DNA from: Oscillospiraceae bacterium
Lineage (GTDB): Bacteria > Bacillota > Clostridia > Oscillospirales > CAG-272
Direction: 5' to 3'
DNA length: 64,000 nt
Assembly: GCA_015063395.1 (NCBI GenBank)
Contig: SVUF01000001.1
Span: 1,336 to 65,335, forward strand
Position numbers and translations under genes: made by a program. Every line of letters begins with the position of its first letter. The first letter of the stretch is position 1. The notes beneath the pieces were generated by a model. The model saw only the letters and a program-made list of their open reading frames with translations, did not search any database and was not told the origin of the DNA. Shown piece after piece: positions 54,566 through 64,000 of this stretch.

Positions 54566-54753
54566 CCTTCCTCCGAGAGGAAGGGGGACCACGAAGTGGT
54601 GGAAGGAGCCTGCGTAACTTTGGGTTTGGAGTAATCTCATTGTAACGCACTCTCCCTCAGTCGCTAACGCGACAGCTCCCTCCCGGAGGGAGCCTTGGTA
54701 TACGTGCAACCATAGGGGCATGGGCTTTGCCCTATGCCTTTGTAATACAAAGG
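54566..54753. repeat. Cluster of at least five different GC-rich hairpin modules (REP/MITE-like)
   Basis: The modules are ccttcctc-cga-gaggaagg (54566-54584), gtcgc-taac-gcgac (54660-54673), gctccctcc-c-ggagggagc (54675-54693), ggggcatgggctttgccctatgcc (54715-54738) and cctttgta-a-tacaaagg (54737-54753). Confidence 0.85.
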
Positions 54754-54805
54754 CGAAACCGGCGATAAAAGGAAAAATAATAGTTTATTTAAAAGGAGAA
54801 AAGGT

Positions 54806-55129
54806 ATGTTTTCACTATTTTCTAAAAAAGTTATGAATGAGGAAGCAGCAAGAGCTTTCTGGGCTTGGTTTGAAGAACAAGAGTCATGGATCATCAATTG
54901 TCTTTCTAATCACGATTCAGCTTTTGTTTGGGCAATTGACGAACGGTTAAAGCCGGTGTTCCCCTATTGTAAGAAAGAACTTGAATTCCAATTGGGATAT
55001 AATGAAGGAAAAGGAGAATTCTTTTTCTTCCACTTTGGAAACAAAAATCTTATTAAAGATGCTGACGCCCTGGCACAAATGATGCCTAAAAACATTTCTG
55101 AACATTGGACTTTTATAGCAGAAAAATAA
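54806..55129 (+). CDS. small cytosolic hypothetical protein
   Basis: A 107-aa ORF with AAGGAGAA upstream and a terminator downstream. I recognise no family. Confidence 0.45.
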   Translation: MFSLFSKKVMNEEAARAFWAWFEEQESWIINCLSNHDSAFVWAIDERLKPVFPYCKKELEFQLGYNEGKGEFFFFHFGNKNLIKDADALAQMMPKNISEHWTFIAEK

Positions 55130-55136
55130 CAACAAA

Positions 55137-55176
55137 CCCCGACAGATTTTTGAAAGTCTATCGGGGTTACTTATTT
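55137..55176. terminator. terminator hairpin, near-copy of the 7173-7200 hairpin
   Basis: ccccgacaga (55137-55146) pairs with tctatcgggg (55157-55166) with one mismatch, followed by a T-rich tail. Confidence 0.65.
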
Positions 55177-55204
55177 GTTTTCTGCGGAGCAATTATGCCT
55201 TTTT

Positions 55205-55230
55205 GGACCGTCGAGGACGCCGGTCCCTAC
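55205..55230. repeat. GGACCG...CGGTCC hairpin repeat (copy 2 of 2); reads GTAGGGACCGGCGTCCTCGACGGTCC on the minus strand
   Basis: ggaccgtcgaggacgccggtccctac. Compare 13922-13948. Confidence 0.8.
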
Positions 55231-55339
55231 AAGGAGAAATCAAACTTCTTTATGAGAAGTCGCCTTTATGAATCTGTTTACAGAAAGGTGAAAAAATATG
55301 CTTAACTTTCTAATTTGTCAAATTCTATATGATTATCAG

Positions 55340-56305
55340 TTATACCCACCACATAGCAGAGGGCTCGTCAAAAATTATTACATCCTTGAGGAAAGAAACT
55401 GCTTTTTCAAGTCCTTCTTTGGGGGACATCAAGGGATCCTCATGCTCAATGGAAATTACTCCGTTGTAGCCCGTAGCCTTAAGTGTGGATATAATGCTGT
55501 TCCAAAGAAGCTTGTCGTGACCGTAGCCTACGGTGCGGAACTCCCATGAACGTGAAAGGATATCGCCATAGCCTGCAGTGTCAAGAACACCTGTAACGGC
55601 TATATTTGCCGGATCCATGAATGTGTCCTTTGCGTGAAAATGGTAGATGGCTCCCTTGAGATATTTGATAGCCTCAACAGGATCGATTCCCTGCCAGAAA
55701 AGGTGGCTTGGGTCGAAGTTTGCGCCAATTATATCGCCAACTGCCTCGCGGAGCTTCATCAGTGTGGGGGGATTGTATACGCAAAAGCCGGGGTGCATCT
55801 CAAAAGCGATCTTGTCAACACCGTGAGCGCGGCAAAATTCAGCCTTGTTTTTCCAATAGGGAATCAGAACCTCGTTCCACTGCCATTTCAGAACCCTCTG
55901 GTAGTCCGTTGGCCATGTACATGTAACCCAGTTGGGCTCGCGGCTTTCGGGGCAGTCTCCGGGACAGCCTGAAAAGCCTACGATGGTGTGGATACCGAGC
56001 TTTTCCGCAAGAAGCACTGCGGCGTCAAAATCGTCCTCAAAGCGCTTTGCGGTGTCACGGTTGGGGTGAACGGGGTTTCCGTGGCAAGCAAGGGCGGGAA
56101 TATCAATATTGTATTTTTCCATGTAAGAGCGAAGAGCATCGATCTTTTCGGGGTGGGCAAGAAAATCTGCGGCATCGCAATGTGCCTTGCCGGGATAGCC
56201 TCCGACACCAAGCTCGATGGATTGTACGCCAAGGCTTGACAGGTATTTGAACATTTCCTCAAGAGAAATTCCTCCGAGAACGGGTGACATAACTCCAAGT
56301 TTCAT
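55340..56305 (-). CDS. sugar phosphate isomerase/epimerase (xylose isomerase-like TIM barrel)
   Basis: 321 aa. The pattern (..SIELGVGGYPG..FEMHPG..SIEHED) is typical of the AP endonuclease 2/xylose isomerase-like TIM family. Confidence 0.75.
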   Translation of the reverse strand: MKLGVMSPVLGGISLEEMFKYLSSLGVQSIELGVGGYPGKAHCDAADFLAHPEKIDALRSYMEKYNIDIPALACHGNPVHPNRDTAKRFEDDFDAAVLLAEKLGIHTIVGFSGCPGDCPESREPNWVTCTWPTDYQRVLKWQWNEVLIPYWKNKAEFCRAHGVDKIAFEMHPGFCVYNPPTLMKLREAVGDIIGANFDPSHLFWQGIDPVEAIKYLKGAIYHFHAKDTFMDPANIAVTGVLDTAGYGDILSRSWEFRTVGYGHDKLLWNSIISTLKATGYNGVISIEHEDPLMSPKEGLEKAVSFLKDVIIFDEPSAMWWV

Positions 56306-56528
56306 AATCTTTTTCCTTTCCTCATGGTTTCATAATTGTTGTATATTTGTTGTGCTATGCAGTAAAATCTACATATGTATATATAATATGGCAAAGAAAT
56401 ATGAACTCTTTTTGACGCAATTGTTAATTTTCCTTGATGCATAAAAAGATATAGTAAAATTCAAAAATATTTGATATAATCACATAGCCAACATATTTGA
56501 GGTAAATATGCATCAAGCGAGGTAGAAT

Positions 56529-57275
56529 ATGCCAAGAATTTATATATCTAAAAATGAAATAAGCGAAAAAAAGGCAGTGCTTGAGGGTGAACGCGCAAAT
56601 CACATCTCAAGATCCTTGCGTATGAGGGTCGGAGATGAAATAACCCTGTGCGACAAGGAGAGAACTGACTACACGGGAGTCATTGAGAAAATCACCTCCG
56701 ACAAGGTATATCTTGATATAATTGAGGAGAAGAGAAGCGAGGGAGAGCCGACCTACAGAGCAAGGCTTTTCATGGCGCTTCCCAAGTCGGATAAAATGGA
56801 GCTGATTGTTCAAAAGGCAGTGGAAACGGGGGCTTATGAAATAATCCCTTTTATATCCGAAAGATGTATATCACGTCCCGATGAAAGCTCCGGCAGAAAA
56901 AAGGTTGAGAGATGGAACAAGATCGCAGAAAGTGCGGCAGAGCAGTGCGGCAGAGGAATAATCCCCGCGGTTCACGGCATAGTATCATACAAAAGGGCGC
57001 TTGAAATGGCAGCAGAGGACAAGGAGAGCTTTATTTGCTACGAAAAGGAAAAGGAGCTGGGTGTTTTTGAGGCACTTGCTCCATTGAGAGACTGTGACTG
57101 CGAAGGCTTGAGCATTTCTTTTTTTGTGGGAGCCGAGGGAGGCTTTTCCGAGGAGGAGGCAAACGCCGCGCGCGAGAGCGGAATCAAGTCCGTGTCCCTT
57201 GGAAAGCGTATTCTCAGATGTGAGACAGCGCCGATGTTTATGCTGTCGGTTCTCAGCGCCATGCTTGAAAAATAA
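56529..57275 (+). CDS. rsmE: 16S rRNA (uracil1498-N3)-methyltransferase
   Basis: MPRIYI...HISRSLRMRVGD and the C-terminal FFVGAEGGFSEEE..LGKRILRCETA are typical of RsmE. Confidence 0.88.
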   Translation: MPRIYISKNEISEKKAVLEGERANHISRSLRMRVGDEITLCDKERTDYTGVIEKITSDKVYLDIIEEKRSEGEPTYRARLFMALPKSDKMELIVQKAVETGAYEIIPFISERCISRPDESSGRKKVERWNKIAESAAEQCGRGIIPAVHGIVSYKRALEMAAEDKESFICYEKEKELGVFEALAPLRDCDCEGLSISFFVGAEGGFSEEEANAARESGIKSVSLGKRILRCETAPMFMLSVLSAMLEK

Positions 57276-57392
57276 ATGGAAAAAACAGTTAAATAATAAT
57301 ACTCGAAGGGTGTATTTTGAGATTTTTTTGAAAAATTTAGACATAATGCACGAAAAAAATTAAAAAAATTATAAAAAATTACGATTTACCTA

Positions 57393-57421
57393 TTGAAAAA
57401 TTACACAAAATCGTGTAAAAT
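57393..57421 (+). promoter_or_regulatory. putative sigma-A promoter (extended -10) for the PucR-like regulator gene
   Basis: TTGAAA (57393-57398), a 17-nt spacer ending in TG, then TAAAAT (57416-57421). Confidence 0.5.
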
Positions 57422-57521
57422 ACAATTGATTATATGTTTATTTTGCTTTCGAAGACGGGATCTTCATGAATGAAAATAAATAAAAATACAAAATAACTGG
57501 GTAAATCAGGGGGAAACAAAA

Positions 57522-58610
57522 ATGTCAAACAGACTGTTTCAAGGAATAATTTTTCAGATGAAGGATGCGATAAACCGCGTTATCGGCGTTATTGACGAAA
57601 ACGGTGTTGTAATTGCCTGCAGTGAGCTTGTAAAGATCGGAGAAGTGCGCACAGGACTTCGCGAGGAATTCAACTTCAGCACAGATGCGGTAATTACAGG
57701 CGGATTTACATACCGTCCCATCGGAACCAGTCAAAGAGTGGAGTATGCAGCATTTGTTGAAGGCGAGGACAGAGTTGCGGAAAAGATTGCCGGAGTAATT
57801 GCAATTGCGCTTAACAATATCAAGAGCATGTATGATGAGAAGTACAACAAAAATTCTCTCATCAAGAATATTCTTCTTGATAACATTCTGCCTTCGGATA
57901 TTTATATCAAGTCCAAGGAGCTCAGATTTGATCCCGAGGTGTCAAGAGTTGTATATCTTATCAAGTTCCCTGTAAAAAATGATATAGTACCCTTTGATAT
58001 CATTCAGAATATGTTCCCTGACAAGAACAAGGAAAGCGTAATCAGCATAGGAGAATATGATGTGGTTCTTGTAAAGGAAACACCCATTACAACCGAAGCG
58101 TATGAGCTTGAGGCTGTTGCGCAGACAATTTATGATACTCTTTGCGCAGAGTTCTATACCAATGTATCAATTGGCGTCGGAACTGTTGTAGAGACTGTAA
58201 AGGATCTTGCCCGTTCATACAAGGAGGCTCAGATCGCCCTTGATGTCGGAAAGATCTTTGAAAACGAAAAGAGCATCAACAGCTATGAAAACTTGGGAAT
58301 CGGAAGACTTATATATCAGCTTCCCACCACACTTTGTGATATGTTCCTTCAGGAAGTGTTCAAGAAGGGCTCAATCGAGTCATTGGATCAGGAAACACTG
58401 ACAACCATTCAGGCATTCTTTGAAAATAATCTTAACGTATCGGAAACATCAAGAAAGCTGTTTGTACACCGTAATACTCTTGTGTACAGACTTGAAAAGA
58501 TACGTAAGCTCACAGGTCTTGACCTTCGTGAGTTTGACCATGCGATCACCTTTAAGGTTGCCCTTATGGTTAAGAAGTATCTTTCGGAAAAGCATTCTCC
58601 AATTAACTGA
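57522..58610 (+). CDS. PucR/CdaR-family transcriptional regulator
   Basis: The C-terminal HTH is NVSETSRKLFVHRNTLVYRLEKIRKLTG. 362 aa. Confidence 0.78.
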   Translation: MSNRLFQGIIFQMKDAINRVIGVIDENGVVIACSELVKIGEVRTGLREEFNFSTDAVITGGFTYRPIGTSQRVEYAAFVEGEDRVAEKIAGVIAIALNNIKSMYDEKYNKNSLIKNILLDNILPSDIYIKSKELRFDPEVSRVVYLIKFPVKNDIVPFDIIQNMFPDKNKESVISIGEYDVVLVKETPITTEAYELEAVAQTIYDTLCAEFYTNVSIGVGTVVETVKDLARSYKEAQIALDVGKIFENEKSINSYENLGIGRLIYQLPTTLCDMFLQEVFKKGSIESLDQETLTTIQAFFENNLNVSETSRKLFVHRNTLVYRLEKIRKLTGLDLREFDHAITFKVALMVKKYLSEKHSPIN

Positions 58611-58651
58611 ATCGGACAAAATATTCAGTCCGCGTGTGATAGAATAAGGTC

Positions 58652-59329
58652 ATGATAGAACTTGAAAACGTAAAAAAGATATATCCCAACGGCACGGTTG
58701 CCCTTGACAATGTTAACTTGAAGATCGAGGACGGAGAATTTGTGTTTGTTGTGGGAGCGTCGGGCGCGGGCAAGTCCACACTTATGAAGCTTCTCATGAG
58801 GGAGGAAAAGCCCACCGACGGAAGAATTATTGTTGACGGACAGGATATAGCTGAATTAAAGGCAGGACAGATCCCGAAATACCGCCGCGGACTCGGAGTG
58901 GTATTTCAGGATTTCCGCCTTTTTCCAAAGATGACGGTATATGAAAATATAGCGTTTGCCATGAGAGTTACGGGTTGGACAAAAAAAGAGATCGATGCAA
59001 GAGTGCCGTTGATATTGCACATTGTTGCACTTGACGGAAAGCAGGATCGCTACCCATCGGAGCTTTCGGGCGGAGAGCAGCAGAGAGTTGCACTTGGAAG
59101 GGCACTTTCCAACAACCCGTCATATATAATTGCAGACGAGCCCACGGGCAACATCGACACGGATCTTTCCCGTGAGATAATGTCCATGCTGATCAAGATA
59201 CATAAAATGGGAAAGACTGTAATTGTTGTCACCCATGAAAGAGGGCTTGTCAGATATTTTGGAGAAAGAGTAGTAACCATAAACGGCGGCAAGGTCGTGT
59301 CAGATATAGCGGGAGAGATAGAACAATGA
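58652..59329 (+). CDS. ftsE: cell division ATP-binding protein FtsE
   Basis: GASGAGKST, LSGGEQQRVALGRAL, and a coupled ftsX. Confidence 0.92.
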   Translation: MIELENVKKIYPNGTVALDNVNLKIEDGEFVFVVGASGAGKSTLMKLLMREEKPTDGRIIVDGQDIAELKAGQIPKYRRGLGVVFQDFRLFPKMTVYENIAFAMRVTGWTKKEIDARVPLILHIVALDGKQDRYPSELSGGEQQRVALGRALSNNPSYIIADEPTGNIDTDLSREIMSMLIKIHKMGKTVIVVTHERGLVRYFGERVVTINGGKVVSDIAGEIEQ

Positions 59330-60228
59330 AAAATATATTCAGAAAACTTGAATCTTTTGGATATCTTGTCACTCAAGCGTTTGTGGGCATTGTAAGGAAC
59401 GGGGCTTTGAGTTTTGCATCAATTGCGGTACTCATTGCCTGTTTGCTTATTACGGGCAGTTTTGTTCTGATAATTGGAAACATAGACTATAATATGCAGG
59501 ATACGGAGTATCTTAACCGTATTGTAGTGTATATTAATCCGGATTGCCCCGAAAACGAGGTTTTAGATATATATAACAGAATACTTCAGCTTGAAAATGT
59601 AAATGATGCCGCTACAAAGCTTATAACCAAGGAGCAGGCTCTTCTTGAGGAAATGGAAAAGAACCCTGATTATTTTGTTTCCCTTGAGGAAGGGGACAAC
59701 CCCTACCGTGACAGCGTGGTGATAACCTATGTGGATTCCGCAAAGGTGGAGGAGCTTGAGGGACAGCTTGCGGCTTTTCCGGATATCGATGATATAATGA
59801 GCCGTGTGGAGATCGCAAACACGGTGGAATCATTGAAAAGCGTACTGTATGTAGTGTCGGTGGGCTTTTTTGTGTCGCTTCTTGTGGTGACGGTATTTAT
59901 TATAATAACCACAATAAGAGTAACGATCTTTTCAAGAAAGAAAGAAATCGAGCTTATGGACGCCATTGGCGCAACAAGGACGTTTATAACAATGCCCTTT
60001 GTAATCGAGGGATTTGTGCTGGGAATGGTGGCATCTCTCTTGGCATATTTTGCACAGGGGTGGATTTACGGATCCCTTGAGTCGATGGCATTGAAGAATT
60101 ATTCACTTATAAAGATCCTGCCCTATGACGAGGTTTCGGGAACGATACTTGTTGGATTTTTGGCAGTTGGTCTTGTTACAGGCGTTTTCGGAAGCTTGAT
60201 ATCACTTATAAAATATATGAAGAATTAA
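59326..60228 (+). CDS. ftsX: cell division permease-like protein FtsX
   Basis: 4-TM FtsX topology with a large first extracellular loop, and an ATGA overlap with ftsE. Confidence 0.88.
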   Translation: MKNIFRKLESFGYLVTQAFVGIVRNGALSFASIAVLIACLLITGSFVLIIGNIDYNMQDTEYLNRIVVYINPDCPENEVLDIYNRILQLENVNDAATKLITKEQALLEEMEKNPDYFVSLEEGDNPYRDSVVITYVDSAKVEELEGQLAAFPDIDDIMSRVEIANTVESLKSVLYVVSVGFFVSLLVVTVFIIITTIRVTIFSRKKEIELMDAIGATRTFITMPFVIEGFVLGMVASLLAYFAQGWIYGSLESMALKNYSLIKILPYDEVSGTILVGFLAVGLVTGVFGSLISLIKYMKN

Positions 60229-60264
60229 GGTATACAGGGATATACCGTAAGGAGAAGATGTAAA

Positions 60265-61476
60265 ATGAAAAAGAGACTGTTCCGGTTTATCTGCAGCTCG
60301 GTCATATTACTCTCAATACTTTTGACAAGCGTTTCGTCCTTTGCGGATGTTATAACCCCCGGGGATATAACGAAGCTTGAGGAAGAGCTTGAGGCCATAA
60401 AAAAGCGTCAGGAAGAAACAGAAAAGGCTCTTGCGGACATAATCAAGGATAAGAACTACGTGGAAAGCTCCATAGCATATTCAGAGGAGCTTATTGCGGG
60501 ATATGCGGAATATGTTCTTTTACTTACCGAGGTCATCGAGGGATATGATGAAGCCATTGATGAGACTGAGGGCAAGATCGAAGAGCTTCGAGCTAAGTAT
60601 GAGGATGTTTATGAAGTATATCTTCAGCGTCTTCGCATGGCAAGAGAGCAGAATACATATTCGGTTCTTGAGCTTGTTTTTTCCTCGGAAACATTGGTAG
60701 AGCTTATAGAGGCAGCAGAGAGAGTCACCGATTCTCTTAATTATGATAAAAGAATTATAAAAAAGCTTGAGGAACAAAAGATCACCCTTGCAGGCGAGCT
60801 TGAATCCTTTGAAAAGCTGAAAAAAAGTCAGCAGGAGCAGATCGACGGGTATGAGCTTTTGAAATCGTCGGTAAGCGAAAGAGTTGACGAATTGAATACC
60901 CAGCTTGCAGAGCTTCAGGGAAAGCAGGATGACACTGAAAATCAGATTTCACTTGATGAAATTCTCGAGGCACAGGCAGATGAAGCGCTTGAGGCTCTTA
61001 TAAAGGCTTATGAAAAGCAGGTTGCAGAAAGTGCCGAGTATGCCCAGGGCGAAAAGATGATATGGCCCCTTGACGACAGGTGGACATATGTATCAAGCCC
61101 ATTTGGATATAGGCTTCATCCCGTACATAATGTGTGGAAGGGACACAAGGGCATTGATTTGCCTGCAAACAACAAAGAGAATATATATGCTGCTTTGTCG
61201 GGTAAAGTAATTACATCAGTCTACAGCCCAAGCTACGGGTATTATGTAATGATCGATCACGGCATATACGGAAATACGGGAAAGAGACTGTATACCCTTT
61301 ATGCCCACGCATCAAAGCTTCTTGTTGATAAGGGAGACATGGTCAAGCAGGGCGATGTAATTGCCAAGGTGGGCACAACGGGAACGTCAACGGGTTATCA
61401 CCTGCATTTTGAGGTGAGATTTGATTCAACTCCCGTGGATCCACTTGACGGATATGTGAAGATCCCAAAAAAATAA
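60265..61476 (+). CDS. M23-family peptidoglycan DD-metalloendopeptidase with an N-terminal coiled-coil (EnvC/PcsB-like)
   Basis: A signal peptide, a long heptad-rich region, then HKGIDL ... GYHLHFEV. Confidence 0.85.
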   Translation: MKKRLFRFICSSVILLSILLTSVSSFADVITPGDITKLEEELEAIKKRQEETEKALADIIKDKNYVESSIAYSEELIAGYAEYVLLLTEVIEGYDEAIDETEGKIEELRAKYEDVYEVYLQRLRMAREQNTYSVLELVFSSETLVELIEAAERVTDSLNYDKRIIKKLEEQKITLAGELESFEKLKKSQQEQIDGYELLKSSVSERVDELNTQLAELQGKQDDTENQISLDEILEAQADEALEALIKAYEKQVAESAEYAQGEKMIWPLDDRWTYVSSPFGYRLHPVHNVWKGHKGIDLPANNKENIYAALSGKVITSVYSPSYGYYVMIDHGIYGNTGKRLYTLYAHASKLLVDKGDMVKQGDVIAKVGTTGTSTGYHLHFEVRFDSTPVDPLDGYVKIPKK

Positions 61477-61516
61477 TTGCAGTATACGCAAAACAGAAAT
61501 ATAAAGAGGAAAAAAT

Positions 61517-62704
61517 TTGAATAAAAAAGTATCGCTTGGCACAACGGTTTTTTTGTGCATTCTTGTGGGAATTATATCATTCATGTCCGCTTGGACCATC
61601 ACAAGAGGATCTTATAATAATAAGATCAATGAGCTGTATCTTCAGTATCCCGAGGCTATGAAGCTCATGGAGATAATTGACTATTATGAAAGCTACTACA
61701 TCGGGGCTCTTGATATGGAGGAAACGGAGGCGCTTGCTGCAAAGGGGTTCGTTCACGGTACGGGCGACACCTATGGGTATTATTATACCCCAGAGGAATA
61801 TGCAGAGCTTATTGCTTCTAACAACGGTGAATATGTTGGAATCGGAGTGATGGTATCCTACGAAAGAGAGGATGGACTTTTAATAGAGCATGTAATTCCG
61901 GAATCTCCTGCAGAAAAGGCGGGGCTCAAGGACGGAGATCTTGTCATCAAGGTGGCTGATATTCCTGCGGAATCGGGAATTGAGAAAATGAGAGATGCCA
62001 TTTTGGGTGAGGAGGGTTCCTCTGTTGACATCGTGGTTATAAGAGAGGGAAAAGAGATAACAGTTAAAGCTGTGAGAGGCACCTATGTTATGGAGTCTGT
62101 TTTCAGCGGGTATATAGAAGAGGAGAAGATAGGATTTATCCGCATTTTCAGCTTTGATAATACCACTGCAGATCAGTTTGAAAAGGCATTGACGGAGCTT
62201 AAGGGCAAGGGCGCTGAAAGCTTCATCTTTGATATGCGTGACAATGGCGGAGGGTTGCTTTCATCACTGATCGATGTGCTTGAATGTATGCTTCCAAAGG
62301 ACAGCCTTGTTACCACATCAACCATGAAAAACGGAAAAACAACGGAATATAAAACCAAAAAGGGAACTGACAGCTTTGATTATCCGACAGCGATCCTCAT
62401 AAACGGCAACACTGCAAGTGCGGCAGAGCTGTTTACATCGGCACTCAGGGATTATGATATGGCTGTGATCGTAGGGGAAAAATCCTATGGGAAAGGCGTG
62501 ATGCAGTCAACGGTGGAGCTTTCGGACGGATCGGCGCTGAAGCTTACTACAGCGTATTATTCGTCTCCAAAGGGTGAAAACTATGACGGAGTTGGCATAA
62601 AGCCCAATGTGGAGGCTGTAACGGAAGACTCTTCAATAAGCTATTACGAGCTTGATATGAGCGATGCTGTAATCAAGGCAGCAATAAAGGAACTTAGTAA
62701 ATAA
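61517..62704 (+). CDS. S41-family C-terminal processing peptidase (Ctp)
   Basis: A TTG start 7 nt after AGAGGA. A PDZ segment (GLKDGDLVIKV), the catalytic-Ser region (GNTASAAELF) and the Lys region (GEKSYGKG). Confidence 0.85.
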   Translation: MNKKVSLGTTVFLCILVGIISFMSAWTITRGSYNNKINELYLQYPEAMKLMEIIDYYESYYIGALDMEETEALAAKGFVHGTGDTYGYYYTPEEYAELIASNNGEYVGIGVMVSYEREDGLLIEHVIPESPAEKAGLKDGDLVIKVADIPAESGIEKMRDAILGEEGSSVDIVVIREGKEITVKAVRGTYVMESVFSGYIEEEKIGFIRIFSFDNTTADQFEKALTELKGKGAESFIFDMRDNGGGLLSSLIDVLECMLPKDSLVTTSTMKNGKTTEYKTKKGTDSFDYPTAILINGNTASAAELFTSALRDYDMAVIVGEKSYGKGVMQSTVELSDGSALKLTTAYYSSPKGENYDGVGIKPNVEAVTEDSSISYYELDMSDAVIKAAIKELSK

Positions 62705-62745
62705 ATATAATTAATCATATAAATTAACAATAAGGAGATATAATA

Positions 62746-63237
62746 ATGGAAAAGCAAGAAATTAAAATTGTCACACAAGAGGGTTATGATGAATTAATTA
62801 AGGAGCTCCATTTCCGTAAAACAGAGTATACGGATGCAATTTCCGAGAGGATCAGTGTTGCCCGCGGCTTCGGAGACCTTAAGGAGAACTCTGAATATGA
62901 TGAGGCAAAAAACGAAGAAGCAAAAAACGCTGCAAGAATTGCAGAGCTTGAAGAACAGCTGAAGAATATCAAGGTAATCAGTGCTGATGAGATCAACTCA
63001 ACACGTGTAAGCGTTGGAACAGTGGTTAAGGTACTCAACCGCACAAGAAACATAGAGACAACATATTCACTTGTTGGTTTCAGCGAAACAGATCCTTTCA
63101 GCGGACGTATTTCAGACCAGTCCCCCATAGGAAAGGCAATCAACCATAAGTCCGTTGGAGATGTTGTAACAGTGGAAGCTCCTGCAGGAGTATTTGAGCT
63201 TGAGATCCTTGATATTTCCGTACCAAAGAATGACTGA
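62746..63237 (+). CDS. greA: transcription elongation factor GreA
   Basis: GDLKENSEYDEAK and the C-terminal SPIGKAINHKSVGDVV. Confidence 0.93.
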   Translation: MEKQEIKIVTQEGYDELIKELHFRKTEYTDAISERISVARGFGDLKENSEYDEAKNEEAKNAARIAELEEQLKNIKVISADEINSTRVSVGTVVKVLNRTRNIETTYSLVGFSETDPFSGRISDQSPIGKAINHKSVGDVVTVEAPAGVFELEILDISVPKND

Positions 63238-63279
63238 TCAAGGTCTTGACGTTATTAAAGCTTTCAAGGAGAAATAAAA

Positions 63280-64000
63280 ATGGAAGAAAAGAACATTGTT
63301 GAACAGCAGGTCAACGAGACAGAATATAACGATCTTGTAAGAGTAAGACGTGAAAAGCTTGCAAATCTCGTTGCCGAGGGAAAGGATCCCTTTGAGATTA
63401 CAAAATATGATGTTGATACTACATCGGAGGAAATCAAAAATTCATATGAGGAGCTTGAGGGCAAAACTGTAAAGATCGCAGGAAGAATTATGAGCCGTAG
63501 GATCATGGGTAAGGCTTCCTTTGCCCATGTTTCAGATGCCGCAGGTACAATTCAGATATATGTAAAGCGTGATGATGTAGGGGAGGAGCTCTACAACAAC
63601 GGCTTCAAAAAGTGGGATATCGGTGATATCATCGGTGTTGAAGGCTTTGTTTTCAAGACCAAAACAGGAGAAACATCCCTTCATGCAACAGGCTTGACAC
63701 TTCTTGCAAAGTCACTTTTGCCACTGCCTGAAAAATACCACGGACTTACCAACACGGATATGAGATACCGTCAGAGATATGTTGACCTTATCGTAAATCC
63801 TGAGGTAAAGGACACATTTATAAAGAGAAGCAGAATACTTACAGAGATCCGTGCGTTCCTTGATTCCAAGGGATTTTTGGAGGTTGATACCCCCATTCTT
63901 CTTCCCATTGAGATCGGCGCTTCTGCAAGATCCTTCAAAACACATCACAATACACTTGATATTGATATGTATTTGAGAATCGAAACAGAGCTGTATCTCA
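63280..64000 (+). CDS. lysS: lysine--tRNA ligase (class II), 5' part; continues beyond the window
   Basis: ATG 63280. The translation MEEKNIVEQQVNETEYNDLVRVRREKLANLVAEGKDPF...GRIMSRRIMGKASFAHV...RYRQRYVDLI...LRIETELYL is typical of LysS. There is no stop before the window end. Confidence 0.92.
   Translation, partial: MEEKNIVEQQVNETEYNDLVRVRREKLANLVAEGKDPFEITKYDVDTTSEEIKNSYEELEGKTVKIAGRIMSRRIMGKASFAHVSDAAGTIQIYVKRDDVGEELYNNGFKKWDIGDIIGVEGFVFKTKTGETSLHATGLTLLAKSLLPLPEKYHGLTNTDMRYRQRYVDLIVNPEVKDTFIKRSRILTEIRAFLDSKGFLEVDTPILLPIEIGASARSFKTHHNTLDIDMYLRIETELYL

Noticed and set aside
54512-54897. Two minus-strand ORFs (69 and 77 aa) over the hairpin cluster
   Set aside because: They are translations of GC-rich palindromes (..GSLREGAVALATEGEC..). 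They have no RBS and overlap the promoter/RBS of the plus-strand gene at 54806.

Overview
The window looks like a chromosomal segment from a spore-forming Clostridia-class Firmicute; the gene content suggests an Oscillospiraceae/Ruminococcaceae-like organism, but this is a guess. Most of it is recognisable housekeeping.

Housekeeping content:
- Glycolysis: pgk, tpiA.
- Five aminoacyl-tRNA synthetase genes: glnS, gltX, proS, thrS (with a T-box leader), and lysS.
- rpsF-ssb-rpsR.
- A trimeric NuoE/NuoF/[FeFe]-hydrogenase operon (HydCBA type).
- xpt.
- A BMP-type nucleoside ABC transporter.
- Sporulation and cell-envelope genes: a CotH-like lipoprotein, ytfI/ytfJ-like genes, an S11 carboxypeptidase, a VanY-like peptidase, and ftsEX followed by M23 and S41 peptidases.
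- scpAB, engB, lon, rluB, cobB, rsmE, greA.

I found no rRNA, tRNA, CRISPR array, integrase or recognisable defence system.

The non-ordinary content, in rough order of interest:
1. A dense set of dispersed, modular, hairpin-forming intergenic repeats. They include a 3.x-copy tandem array, two near-identical mosaic spacers between tandem aaRS genes, and a multi-hairpin cluster. They co-occur with a single RAYT-type (REP-associated tyrosine/HUH) transposase gene. That gene carries a perfect 27-bp GTAG-headed inverted repeat inside its own reading frame.
2. An ECF-type sigma factor fused to a ~670-aa C-terminal extension that has no transmembrane segment and contains an internal duplication.
3. 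Two tandem paralogous lipoproteins with an HEMGH...E zincin motif.
4. An AT-rich island of six uncharacterised membrane-protein genes containing YcxB-like paralogues. Its first gene is out of frame with its own promoter/RBS/ATG at an A-tract.
5. A HydA whose H-cluster L1 motif reads TSCSP instead of TSCCP.

All functional calls come from motif and sequence recognition by eye; no database search was run.
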